The notes under the pieces were generated by a model. It saw only the letters and a list, made by a program, of their open reading frames with translations, did no database searches and was not told the origin of the DNA. The translations under genes were made by a program, and so were the position numbers. A DNA stretch of 64,000 nucleotides, taken from contig CAXXMV010000002.1 of NCBI GenBank assembly GCA_963662285.2, forward strand, positions 1,152,001 to 1,216,000, read 5' to 3'. Shown piece after piece: positions 31,593 through 43,500 of the stretch (positions within the stretch are counted from its first letter, which is position 1; each line of letters begins with the position of its first letter). Origin of the DNA: a bacterium. Lineage in GTDB: Bacteria; Hinthialibacterota; Hinthialibacteria; Hinthialibacterales; Hinthialibacteraceae.

Positions 31593-32945
31593 CTATTCTT
31601 CTATTTCAATACGGATCGTATGCGTTACAGGGACAAACGCTTCTTTGATTGCTTTAGCCATTGGAGCGCGGGTTTTTTCGGTTAGAGCGGCGGTCATTTC
31701 CATATCAGCGCGGCCTTCGTCGCCGTGGAATAACGTTTTGATCTGTTTGGTTTCATAGGATTGCTTCTTGATTACGGCTTCATCCACCTTGTTAAATGCT
31801 TCGCTGAAGGGATTGACGTGGAAATCGGCGGCCAGGTTTACGCCTTTGGTAAGTTCGGCGGCGGAATAACTCTTGGATGTTTCGCCCCAGGTCACTTTAT
31901 AGCGGTCAGCTTTGGCGTTGCTGACTTTTAGCATGAATCTGTTCAACTCTTGATTGAAAGGAACCAGTGTCATGCCCGAACGAATACTGGAATCCTGATC
32001 AAGCTCGCCAGTAGCGCAGAATGGATATCTTGTGCTTTCCAATTCTACCTGGTTTTTGTTAGAGGAAAGGACGCTGTGTCCATCAGAAGATTCAGCTTTT
32101 CCAGTAGCAAGGTCAAGTGAGATGTTGGCGATCTCGCCATCCAATCCCATGGCTTCTAGAAAAGCATAAGCCATCACTAGTTGACCAGCCCATCCGGGAT
32201 GAACGCCATCTTTACCTGAGATCATGTAATCGGAACCATATTCCTGTTTGGCGTTGAATCCTTCGACCAGCATTGGCAGGAATATATCGGCAAAACGTAC
32301 TTTCTCTTCGAGCGCAAGACGCACATCAATATTACGCAACTCCAAAAGACTGAGATTCAGGTCTTTGATAGTACCCTGGGCCTGTTTCACCCATGAGGGC
32401 ATTTTGCCGACTGTCCCGGCAGATCCCTGAATTACCCGCACGTTATTTTCTTTGAACATGCGTATGATGGCTTGGGAACTTTCGCGGTATTTGTCGCCGA
32501 ACTCGGTTTTATATGGTTGATAGCGGTGGTCGTTCATGCCATAGCACGTTGTAGCGATGGTTGGATCGAAGCGCAAGCAGTCATTCTTCATTCGATTCAA
32601 GAAGCCCGGCGCCTGCTCTCCGCTCCAGCCGAATTGGCGGACGGTGATTTCTAATTGAGGTACGCAAACCGTCAGATAGGTTTCCATGATGCGGGAATAC
32701 ATTTTTTGCTCGGTTATGGAGTCGCCGCAAATAGCCAGACGGTCTCTCTTTTTTAGAAATAAACCTTCGGTTTGAGGCGCTTTGATCGGTTTGAACGCGG
32801 CGAAGTATGGATCAGACGGCAGCGGCGCCAGTTCCTCGGCGAATAAAGGCGCGATCGGGACTATCACCAACAATAACAATAATGTTATTATGGTTTTTTG
32901 GATGATAGAAAACGTGAACATTTTTTTCTGGTTCATTGCGGACAT
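31593..32945 (-). CDS. SGNH/GDSL hydrolase
   Basis: GDSITE, YGMND, DGVHP. Confidence 0.9.
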   Translation of the reverse strand: MSAMNQKKMFTFSIIQKTIITLLLLLVIVPIAPLFAEELAPLPSDPYFAAFKPIKAPQTEGLFLKKRDRLAICGDSITEQKMYSRIMETYLTVCVPQLEITVRQFGWSGEQAPGFLNRMKNDCLRFDPTIATTCYGMNDHRYQPYKTEFGDKYRESSQAIIRMFKENNVRVIQGSAGTVGKMPSWVKQAQGTIKDLNLSLLELRNIDVRLALEEKVRFADIFLPMLVEGFNAKQEYGSDYMISGKDGVHPGWAGQLVMAYAFLEAMGLDGEIANISLDLATGKAESSDGHSVLSSNKNQVELESTRYPFCATGELDQDSSIRSGMTLVPFNQELNRFMLKVSNAKADRYKVTWGETSKSYSAAELTKGVNLAADFHVNPFSEAFNKVDEAVIKKQSYETKQIKTLFHGDEGRADMEMTAALTEKTRAPMAKAIKEAFVPVTHTIRIEIEE

Positions 32946-33053
32946 TAGCTGATTACTCCTTGTGGATTATTGTGTTAAATTAAAAAAATGGTATGAGACA
33001 TAAAAAGTTTACTAAAAATATAGGGAAAAGATAAGTAGAAGGAAGGTATTGAA

Positions 33054-35657
33054 ATGACTATGTTAAGAACCAGAGGTAAGCGGAATTCATGCGCCATAAT
33101 TTTGTTTTTAATGGTTATGTGTTGTTTTTATATTGGTAATGTTCATAGCGCAAGTGATAACTGGCCTTTTGCGATCACCGCGCAACACCATCCTGGAACC
33201 TATTGGTGGGCGCCTGGAAGCGCGTGGGATAAAGAGAGCATTGATTGGAATTTGGAAAAACTCAAAGAGGGCGGCATCTATACGGTGCATATTGTTCCAA
33301 TATATGGCGCCAAAGGATATGAAGACCGGTATATTCCCTTTTTATCTGATAAGTGGGTGGATTCACTGCAATATATTTTGCAAAAGGCCGATTCGCTGGG
33401 TATGCAGGTCGATATGACTACTGGCACCGGGTGGTGCTTTGGCGGGCCTGATTTAGATAAGAACCATGTTGATATGAGGGGCAGCCTGGATGAAAACACA
33501 GGTGAGTTGAAGATAGCCACTAACCGCATGGTCAAACGAGCCGCGCCGGGCGGCGCCGGGCACATGCTTAATCCATTTTCTCATGCAGCAATCGCTTCAT
33601 ATCTCGAAAGATTCGACAAGGCGCTGGAAAAATGCGATGTGCTGCCGCGAGCTCAGTATCATGACTCGTTCGAGTACAACGCCAACTGGTGCGAAGAGAT
33701 GCCGGATGAGTTTCTGAAAAGGCGGGGATACGAACTTACTCCTCATATCAAGACATTGTTTGGCAATGATGAAACAATAGAAAACACCTCCCGCATCAAA
33801 TATGACTACCGCTTGACGGCAGCCGAGTTGCATCAGGAGTTTATCCAATATTGGGCTGATTGGGCTAAATCAAAGGGCATGTTAACCAGGGATCAAGCCC
33901 ATGGCGCCCCCGCGAACCTGCTGGATGTTTACGCCACAGCGGATATACCAGAAACCGAGATGTTCGGTTCGCCGCAGTTTCCTATTCCCGGTTTTCGCCA
34001 GGAAGAGCAGTTTTGCCGCCCCAGCGACTCTGATTCCCGTATATGCCGCATGGCGTCATCGGCGGCTCATGTTGCGCACGAACCGGGCAAGCAACTGGTC
34101 TCATCAGAAAGTTGCACCTGGATGCGCGAACATTGGCATGGCACGCTGGGGCAGATCAAGTTGGAGATGGACTTGTTTTTCCTGGTGGGCATTAACCATG
34201 TGATCTATCATGGCTCATGTTATTCGGCCAAGGATGCGCCCTGGCCGGGTTGGTTCTTCTACGCATCGACCAAAGCGGATTGGCGCAATGCAATATGGCG
34301 CGACATGCCGCTGCTCAATGTATACATAGCCCGATGCCAATCAATGCTGCAAGCCGGACAGCCAGCCAATGACGTACTGATTTATTGGCCTATACATGAT
34401 CTTTGGATGGATGCCAAAGGTCTTTTGAAAAACCTGACGGTTCATGATCATCAATGGTTGGGCGAGAGCAGTTTAGGCGACGTCGCCAGCCTACTCGATA
34501 AAAAAGGTTATACATTTGATTACATTTCAGACCAAATGCTGGGGCGGATTAAATGTGAAAACGGAGAATTATCGGCGCCAGGCGGCGACTACAAGGTTAT
34601 TGTCGTACCTAAATGCCGCTATATGCCAGCAGATACTATGAATCAGCTTGCCAAACTTTCACAGCAGGGCGCCAAGATAATTTTTGAGGGTGAATTACCC
34701 GCCGATGTTCCTGGTCTTTCCGGCCTGGAAAAAAATCGCGATAGTTTCGCTAAACAAAAGGCGCGTTTGAAGAATGCAATAATCACCAATGATGTGGTTG
34801 CTGGTCTAATCCAAACAGGCGTTAAATCTGAATCTATGGTGAATCATGGGTTGCGCTTTATCCGGCGCAAGACATCTGACGCCTACTGGTATTTTATCGC
34901 CAACCATACGGAACGCGCATTTAATGGATGGCTTGATCTATCATCACCCTTCGCCTCGGCTGTTATACATGACCCCATGACTGGCGCGGAAGCGTTGGCG
35001 CCTACAAGAATGCAGGGAGAATCCAAACAGATATATCTGGATATCGCTCCCGGCCAATCCCTGATTATCCAGGCCAGTTCAATTCAAGAGGATGCGGCGC
35101 CTTATGTTGCGCTGAAACCGACGGGTAAGGAATTTATTCTTTCCGGCAAGTGGGAAATTGAGTTCATCGACGGTGGACCTGAACTACCGCAACCTTATAG
35201 CGCGGATTCGCTGTCATGCTGGACTAACGCTCCTGATAAGAAAGCTCAAGCCTTCGCCGGAACCGCCCGTTATAAACTGGCTTTTGACCTGCCGGACATG
35301 GACGAGGCTGATGAATATCTGCTTGATCTGGGCGATGTGCGTGAATCGGCGCGGGTGAAAATTAACGGGGAGACGGCGGCTGAACTTTTCGCTTTACCCA
35401 TGAGCGCCTGTGTTGGAAAATATTTGCGCAAAGGCGGTAACACGATTGAGATTGAAGTGACCAATCTATCGGCCAACCGCATACGGGATTTGAGTTTACG
35501 CAAAGTTGATTGGCAGATTATGAACGAGATCAACATCGTTAACCAGCATTACAAAAAGTTTGATGCTACTCAATGGCCTTTGCAGCCATCAGGTTTATTG
35601 GGTCCGGTTACTTTGAAAGCGATGGAGAAGGTCACTTTCATAATTGGGAAGATGTGA
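33054..35657 (+). CDS. GH106-like glycoside hydrolase (alpha-L-rhamnosidase family)
   Basis: PGTYWW.PGSA, DMTTGTGWCFGGP, DSFE, QAHG, DIPETE, PSGLLGPV. Confidence 0.8.
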   Translation: MTMLRTRGKRNSCAIILFLMVMCCFYIGNVHSASDNWPFAITAQHHPGTYWWAPGSAWDKESIDWNLEKLKEGGIYTVHIVPIYGAKGYEDRYIPFLSDKWVDSLQYILQKADSLGMQVDMTTGTGWCFGGPDLDKNHVDMRGSLDENTGELKIATNRMVKRAAPGGAGHMLNPFSHAAIASYLERFDKALEKCDVLPRAQYHDSFEYNANWCEEMPDEFLKRRGYELTPHIKTLFGNDETIENTSRIKYDYRLTAAELHQEFIQYWADWAKSKGMLTRDQAHGAPANLLDVYATADIPETEMFGSPQFPIPGFRQEEQFCRPSDSDSRICRMASSAAHVAHEPGKQLVSSESCTWMREHWHGTLGQIKLEMDLFFLVGINHVIYHGSCYSAKDAPWPGWFFYASTKADWRNAIWRDMPLLNVYIARCQSMLQAGQPANDVLIYWPIHDLWMDAKGLLKNLTVHDHQWLGESSLGDVASLLDKKGYTFDYISDQMLGRIKCENGELSAPGGDYKVIVVPKCRYMPADTMNQLAKLSQQGAKIIFEGELPADVPGLSGLEKNRDSFAKQKARLKNAIITNDVVAGLIQTGVKSESMVNHGLRFIRRKTSDAYWYFIANHTERAFNGWLDLSSPFASAVIHDPMTGAEALAPTRMQGESKQIYLDIAPGQSLIIQASSIQEDAAPYVALKPTGKEFILSGKWEIEFIDGGPELPQPYSADSLSCWTNAPDKKAQAFAGTARYKLAFDLPDMDEADEYLLDLGDVRESARVKINGETAAELFALPMSACVGKYLRKGGNTIEIEVTNLSANRIRDLSLRKVDWQIMNEINIVNQHYKKFDATQWPLQPSGLLGPVTLKAMEKVTFIIGKM

Positions 35658-35702
35658 CAAAGGGATGTTTGAAAATCTAACCTTAAATATTGAGTAATAA
35701 AG

Positions 35703-35738
35703 TCCCCTTGCCCTCCGGGAGAGGATGAGGGTGAGGGC
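35703..35738. repeat. REP-like palindrome family C
   Basis: TCCCCTTGCCCTCCGGGAGAGGATGAGGGTGAGGG. Confidence 0.6.
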
Positions 35739-35771
35739 GAAATTAGACGTATTCCTTTAGGAAATTACACT

Positions 35772-37076
35772 ATGAACAATAGTATTGACCGTAGAAAGTT
35801 TTTCACCCTCAGCGCTATGTCCACTTTGGCTATCCAAACCTCCAGGATGGCCAATTCTTCTGTTAATCAAGATAAACCAGTGCGGATTGGTATGATTGGC
35901 ATGGGGAATCGAGGTTGTAGTCTTTTGGGTATACTTTTGGAGTTGAAAAACGTAGAAATCCCCGCGATATGCGATATAAGGCCGGAACGGTTGGATTACG
36001 CTAATTCACTATTTGAAAAAGCAGGGCATCAGCAACCTGAGATATATAGCCAGAACGAGTATGCCTTCGAGAAGGTAAACAGCCGGGATGATTTGGATGC
36101 AATAATTATCGCAACCCCCTGGGATTGGCATACCAAAATGGCGGTTTCCGCTATGAAATCAGGCAAATATGTTGGCGTGGAAGTGCCTGCCGCAGTTACG
36201 GTTGATGAATGCTGGGAGTTGGTTAATACAGCAGAGGATACCGGCGTCCCCTGTATGATGCTGGAAAACTGGAGTTTCAGGCGCGACAACCTGGCTTTAT
36301 TGAATATGATTCGTGAGGGGCTGCTGGGTGAAACGGTTCATGCTCAATGCTCCTATTCCCATGATTGCGTAACCTATTTCTTCGATAAGAATGGCAAGCC
36401 GCGTTGGCAGGGCGAGTTTCTTATCAAACATAATCGCGATCCCTATCCCACTCACGGCTTGGGACCTGTTTTGAGTTGGATGAACATCAATTGCGGCGAC
36501 CGGTTTGATACTCTGGTCTCAGTTTCGAGTGGTTCTTTCGGCGTAAATCAGTATTATGAAGACCATTTTAAGCAGGATGGCTCTGTGGAAGTTCCCAAGA
36601 CGAAGCAGGGTGATATTGTCAACACAATTGTGAAAACCAAAAAAGGTAAGACTATTTATATTACAAATGATATGCTGTTGCCGCGTCCTTATGATAACCG
36701 CTGGATGATTCAGGGAACCAAAGGCATTTATTCCTATGAACGCAATTCCATTTATCTAGAGGGGAAAAGTCCACAATCTCATACTTGGGAACCGTTTGCT
36801 CCATACCAGGATAAGTATGATCATCGCTGGTGGAAAGACGCTCCCGATAATGTTGAACAACTGGGTCATGGCGGGCCGGATTATCTGGAATTGGCCGGAT
36901 TTGTAAAAGCGGTTCGTAATAAGACTACCCTTCCATTGGATATTTATGATTCAGTCACCATGAGTTCTGTGGTTGCCTTATCAGAGCAATCAATCGCGCA
37001 AAATAACGCTTCAGTGCAATGCCCTGATTTTACCCGTGGCAAATGGAAGATCAATCCACCTCGATTTGGAGTGTAA
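35772..37076 (+). CDS. GH109-like Gfo/Idh/MocA protein, Tat-exported
   Basis: DRRKFF, IATPWDWH, VEVPAA, MMLEN, YPTHGLGP, GHGGPD. Confidence 0.85.
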   Translation: MNNSIDRRKFFTLSAMSTLAIQTSRMANSSVNQDKPVRIGMIGMGNRGCSLLGILLELKNVEIPAICDIRPERLDYANSLFEKAGHQQPEIYSQNEYAFEKVNSRDDLDAIIIATPWDWHTKMAVSAMKSGKYVGVEVPAAVTVDECWELVNTAEDTGVPCMMLENWSFRRDNLALLNMIREGLLGETVHAQCSYSHDCVTYFFDKNGKPRWQGEFLIKHNRDPYPTHGLGPVLSWMNINCGDRFDTLVSVSSGSFGVNQYYEDHFKQDGSVEVPKTKQGDIVNTIVKTKKGKTIYITNDMLLPRPYDNRWMIQGTKGIYSYERNSIYLEGKSPQSHTWEPFAPYQDKYDHRWWKDAPDNVEQLGHGGPDYLELAGFVKAVRNKTTLPLDIYDSVTMSSVVALSEQSIAQNNASVQCPDFTRGKWKINPPRFGV

Positions 37077-37523
37077 ATTTCAAAAATAACATGGCATTTT
37101 CTTTTTAGCAGTTACAATTACCATTTAAGTACTTTCTGAAAATGGGATGTAAATTGGCTGTATTTTTTATTGATTATGTAATGCTTTCTTAATTTTTTTG
37201 TAAAAATATTAATTTGGATTTTAATGTGCGTTTATATTTAATGGCGCGTATTGACCTCATATATATTTAACATCCTCAAAATTAAAGACATATATACACG
37301 TAATGGATTTTCTGTTTTGTGTAATGTAATAATGCATTAGGTTTTATATAGCAAAATAACGTTACCAAGTGCAAAATAGTATTGACATTTTACTTGCTTT
37401 AGTTAAGATATTTATAGGATTAGTATCAAATAGATTCATGAAAAACATTTATTGATTTGTTATTGGCCACAGGGTGGATCGTAAGGGTTCGATAAAATCC
37501 ACATTAATTTGAGGTTGGAGACT

Positions 37524-40500
37524 ATGAGACGATTATTATTACAAGCGGTAATGGGTTTATTCGTTTTGAGCGTTGGCCTCTATGCAGGCGCTCAAGAGAA
37601 GGTGTTTACTCTCGCGGGAAACGGGACCAGCGGGTTTTTGGGTGACGGAGGATCAGCGCTTCAAGCCCGGTTATCTTCCCCATACGATGTTGCGGTGAAT
37701 AGTAATGGGGACGTCTTTATTGTTGATCATGGCAATAATCGCGTTCGTATGGTTAATGCTGCGGGCATCATCACCACCATCGCAGGAAACGGCAGCGCTG
37801 GTTATAGTGGAGACGGCGGCAGCGGAACAGCCGCTGCGTTGAACCGTCCCTATGGTTTGTGCGTCGATGCGATTGGAAATGTTTATATCGCCGACACATT
37901 CAATAACGTGATCCGTAAAGTCGACTTCAATGGAATTATTACTACAGTTGTCGGCAATGGCGATCAGGGTTATGAAGGCGACGATGGGAGCGCATTAAAC
38001 GCAAAACTTAATAATCCCTTCGGCGTGTCTATTGATAATGCAGGAAATTTACTTATTTCAGATACTGGCAACCATGTAGTCCGCATGGTGAATCCCAATG
38101 GAATTATCACGACTATCGCTGGTAATGGATTAGTGGGATATACCGGTGATGGTTTGCCCGCGACGGATGCTCGTATTAGCAATCCTCTATATGTTAATGT
38201 CTCTGTAACAGGTGAAATTTATATTGCCGATTCAGGCAATAATGTAATTCGTAAAGTAAACAGCCAGGGATTGATCTTCACCGTTGCTGGTGATGGTGAA
38301 GAAGGTTATGCGGGTGATGACGGTCAGGCGTCAAACGCCAAACTGACTAATCCCAGTGGAATAGCCTTTGATGGCGATGGAGATTTGCTTATCGCCGATA
38401 CAGGAAACCATGTGCTGCGTAAAGTTGATTCCAATGGAATCATTACTACTATTGCCGGCGCAGGAATTGCCGGATATGCAGGAGATGGCGGAATCCCAAG
38501 CAACGCAAAATTTGATAATCCAGTGCGCGTCATTATTGATGCCAACGGTCAAATATTTATTGCGGATATGAAAAATAATCGCGTCCGCTATATCACTCCA
38601 ACCGCTCCTTTGTCAGTCGAAGCAGGAGATGACCGGGTTGCTTTTGTTAATGATGCCACGCAACTTGACGCCAGCGCCTCAGGTGGAAGCGGCAACTATA
38701 GTTACTCGTGGAGTATTCTTTCCGGACCGAATGCCAGTTTGGCTCAGTTATCATCTTCAGTTGATGAAGATCCTATTATTACGCCGACTCATGCCGGCGT
38801 CTATGTGCTTCAAGTAGAAGTTAGCGACGGTGTTAATTCGCCGTTTGTCGATACTACAACTGTCCTGGTATTCAATCCCATTCCAGTGAATACCGTTATT
38901 ATTAATGATACAATTTCAACCCTGGATGACCTAAGTAATAGTATCGATTATGATGATGCGGATGAGCGCGCCTTGGTTATCCGCTGGAATCTGGATACAA
39001 CTCAGATTAAGCCTGAAGACGTCAGCGACATCAGCGTCTTCGTCAGCGTGGATGGCGGCGGCTATGTATTATTGGGCAGCGCGGGCAACGGCGTCTCTTC
39101 GTATATGAAATGGGAAGAGTCTTCCTCTGATCTGATTGAGCCGGAATTCCAAAGCGGTCCTCAGTTCGACAAGAGTTATAAGTTCCGCTTGTTCGTTTCG
39201 ACGCTGAGCGGTAATCCGCAGTTCTTCGGCCCGTTTGACACCGCTGGCGCCGTATCATTCAAGGAAGGCCTTGATCCAGAACCGACGCCAACCTTTACTC
39301 CGGTTCCGGTAGTTCCCACATCAACGCCGACTGTGGTAGAAGAACCTACTTCAACTCCAACTCCAGGGGAAGAGCCGACATTGACTCCTACTCCGGAAGA
39401 AGAACCTACAGCAACTCCGGTTTTGCCGACTCCAACTCCAGAAGAAGAGCCGACTGCAACTGCAACTCCGGATGTACAACCAACATCAACTCCTACTCCG
39501 GAAGAGGAACCGACGGCAACAGCTACCCCAGATGGAGAAGCCACGCCAACTGCTACTCCAGATGTGGAACCAACTGCTACGGCGACCCCGGATAGTGAAG
39601 CAACGCCAACAGCTACTCCGGAAGAAGAAGCGACTGCGACTCCGACTCCCGAAGAGCCGACTGCAACGCCGACCGCAACGCCGACCTGGACGCCGACCAA
39701 TACTCCAACGCCGACTGAAACCCCCGTACCGGGTGATCCTGAAATTCGGGTTGATCCGGAAACGCTGGAATTTACCCGCGAGGTAAACTCTTCAGTTAAT
39801 GTTAAGGAACAGGCTTCATTGCAGCAATCCGCGCCTCAGTCGCCCAATTTTGATTGGCAAATATTATTGAAGAGCGGCGTTGTTAATCCTGATTCGTTCT
39901 CTTCAAAATCCATTAGTCCATTCTCAACTCCACAGAAAAGCGGAACTGTTCAGCACATGCTGTTGCAGTTTAACAAAATTCCGTCATGGAAAGAGCAACA
40001 AGAGTTAGCGCAGCGCGGCATCCTCTTGCTGCAATATATCCCCCGTTTTGCTTATTGGGCGGCAGTGAGTTCGGATGGGTCTCCATTATCCTCTTCAGCC
40101 GTAAAGAACAAGGCTATTAGATGGATGGCGCATTCCAGTCAGATTAATCGACTGGCGCCGGAAGCTGCTGCCGGAGTATTCCCGCCCAACGCAATTATGG
40201 AAGATGGCCGCGTACAGGTCGTAGTGACTACCTTCAACGATATACAGAAGGCCGCGGCAAATAGCGCGATTGGTAAAAAAGGTGGAGAGATTATTGAGTG
40301 GATCAATGACAATTTAGTTCTGGTCGCTATCCGCTTTGAACGATTGAAAGCTCTGGCCGGACTGGATGAAGTTGAATGGGTTGAGCCGGCGCCTGCTCCT
40401 AACGAAACGGTTAATGCTACCGCATCGCAGCGGATTAATGCTACTGATTTAAGAACATTACCCTATGATGTAAATGGCAAGGGTGTCGTGGTCGGCGTAT

Positions 40501-43500
40501 GGGATGCCGGTCCGATTTATACCCATCCCGATTTCGGATCGCGTTTGACTGTAGTGGATTCAAGCAAGCCGGTTCATTATCATGCCACTCATGTCGGCGG
40601 AACCATTGGCGGCAATGCCGCTTCCGGCCAGACCAATGCGCTTGGCATGGCGCCCAGCGTCTTTATCCGTTCTTACGATTGGGACCTGGATACCTCAGAA
40701 ATGTCAAGCGGTTATGATGCCGGAATCCGGTTATCGAACCATTCTTATGGTGAAGTTGTCGGTTATTATTGGGATTCCGTTAAACAACAGATGGAATTCC
40801 TGGCTAATACATACCGGTTCGGTTTATATTCATCCGGTTCAGCTGCGTTTGATAGCGTCGTCTATGATAAAGGTTTGTTGGTCTTCAAGGCGGCAGGCAA
40901 CGACCGCGGCGAAGGCGATGGACCCTATGATACTATCCCCCCAAGAGGAGTAGCCAAGAATGTTATTACTATTGGAGCAACTGACGATAGCGACGGTATG
41001 TCTACCTTTAGCAGCTGGGGGCCGGTGGATGATGGCCGGGTTAAACCTGATCTCTGCGCCAATGGCGTTGGCCTTTATTCCACAATGCCCGACGGTAGTT
41101 TCGCAAGTTTATCAGGAACCTCAATGGCGTCTCCCAGCGCATGCGGCGCAGGCGCGCTCTTATTCCAACTTTATCAGAAAGAATTAAGTGACGAACCCGA
41201 TCCTGCTGTAATTAAAGCATTAATGATTCACGGTGCGGATGATTTAGGACGAACCGGACCGGATTATACCTACGGTTGGGGATTAATTAACGCCAAGACC
41301 AGCGCCGATTTAATTCTTGAAAGAATGTGGCGTGAGGGTTCGGTTTCAAATAGTAGTTTAGCTCCTTATACGTTATCGGTTCCCGCTGGTTCATCAGAAC
41401 TAAAAGTAACATTGGTTTGGACTGATGTTCCCGGATCGCCTTCAGCCAGCAAAGCTCTGGTAAACGATCTGGATTTGGTTTTGAAATCTCCCGATGGTAC
41501 AGTATATCGTCCCTGGGTGCTGGATAAGAATAATCCCACCAGTAATGCAACCACTGGCGTTAATACCGTTGATAATGTTGAGCAAGTGCTCATCGCCAGT
41601 CCAGCAGCTGGTAGTTGGACAATCGAAATTCAAGGGACGTCAATTCCCGGAGGCGCCAGTGATTACGCCGTCGTCACGGAAATGTTCCAAAGCGTAGACG
41701 ATTCTCAATCCTTCAGGATTTATAATGATGGCGATGGAACGCTTAATCTGGAATCAATGTCAGTTGAAGATGGCGGCTGGATCAACTTATCGCCGGATGC
41801 CCCTCTCAGCATCGCTCCAGGTCAGTTCCAGAAATTTGACGTGTGGATAAACTTCGACCAGACTCCCTATGGTGAATCTACACGGCAGATTGTAATATCG
41901 TCCAACGATGCGGATGAAAGTCCTTATGCGACTGGCGTTTATGTGACGGTTAATAATAATGCCACGCCAACGCCGACTCCTACCGTTACTCCTGAGCCTG
42001 TACCGACTGCCACGCCAACGCCCGCTCCGGCATTTCCGATCATACGGATCGAGCCGTTGACATTGAATTACGTCTATTCAGGAAATGTATCATTATTTAA
42101 CTCTGCTTTATCATTACCGGGCAGCGCTAATGCTCCTTCTGCATCAATCAACGCCGAGACGCCTGATTTTGATATTGCCGATACAACGCCCGACGGTCGC
42201 GTCCTGGTATGGATTTCATTTGAACCGGGAACCGATCTGAATGCCTTACGGCAAGAGATAGAAGCCAGAGGCGATGAGATCATAACCTTGACGCCTGAAG
42301 GGAAAATATTGATTGCCGTTCTTCCTGAGAACCTGTTATCAATGTCCGGCGTTGATGGCGTCGATGGCGTTGCGCCAGCCCTGCCCCGCACTGATTCGAT
42401 AACTGAGGCGCCTGCGCTTGATGAACCTTTCCTGGGCGCAGCTCAGCCATCCCAAGCAGATCAGGCGGTGCTTGATTCACTCTTTGAAGATGTTTCTTCG
42501 GTTCAGCCCAATGCGCTTTCCGTGATGAGGGCCAATCTTGATGGTCAAGACATGTTACCGGCTTCAGCGGATAACACTCTATCCAAATATTTCCCGCCGA
42601 TAAGAAGCCAGGGAGGTCAAGGATCATGCACAGCATGGGCGGCGTGTTATTATTACAACACCTTTACCCAGGCTTCTGATGAAGATCACGATGTTTCAAC
42701 TGGTAATAATGACTATATTTGCAGCCCGGGATTCATGTATCCGCTAGTTAACGGCGGCGGTGATAACGGCGCCTATACCTCTTATGTTGTTTCCCGCTTA
42801 AATGATATCGGCTGCGCCAGCTGGACGGAGAAACCGTATTCTGACAGAGACTATTCTTCTTGGCCCAGTGAAGCAGCCTGGCTGGATGCGTTGAAATACC
42901 GGACTAAATCCAGCAAACAAATATATGTAAACAGTTTAGAAAAAGTTCTTGAGTTGAAACAGCATCTTGCCAACGGTAAAATCGCCGCAACTCAAACTCC
43001 GGTTTATACTAACTGGTATTACTGGAAAGATAATCAGAATCGCGGCATTCAGAATGGCGTGCTCTTCTCTCACGCTGGGGAAACTTTAGTTGGTTATCAT
43101 GCCATGACAGTGGTGGGCTATGATGATGAACGAACTTTCAACACCGGTTCGGGAACCAGCAAGGGCGCCTTCCTGATCGCCAACTCATGGGGTCAGTGGG
43201 GAACCTACAATAGCCAGGGCAGCGGAAGCCGTGGGTTTATGTGGGTCTCCTATGATTACTTCATGACCGTCTTCCGCTATGCATGGTATAACGAAGACCG
43301 TGATGATTATCGTCCATCACTCTATGCCGCAACGGGAATGAATCACTCCAACCGTATTCAAGTGGCCTATAAAGGTATAGTCGGTACTCCTGAATCAAGT
43401 CAATGGACTTCGCATAGAGCGCTTGATCAGACTACTGGTAAGCCTAGCGGTAGTGCGTACTCAATGACGTCAACCAACCGGGTGATCGTCGATATGACTG

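Noticed and set aside
30018-31758. Small overlapping ORFs within IS481 (and their duplicates at 54271-55919)
   Set aside because: Alternative-frame or antisense ORFs; repeated only because the IS is duplicated.
37080-37520. Riboswitch or ncRNA upstream of the giant protease gene
   Set aside because: AT-rich promoter-like DNA with only a weak GTGGAT/ATCCAC stem; no recognisable motif.
39176-39700. Antisense ORF rich in GVAV/GVGV (also 43889..44401)
   Set aside because: Mirror image of the Pro/Thr repeats on the coding strand.
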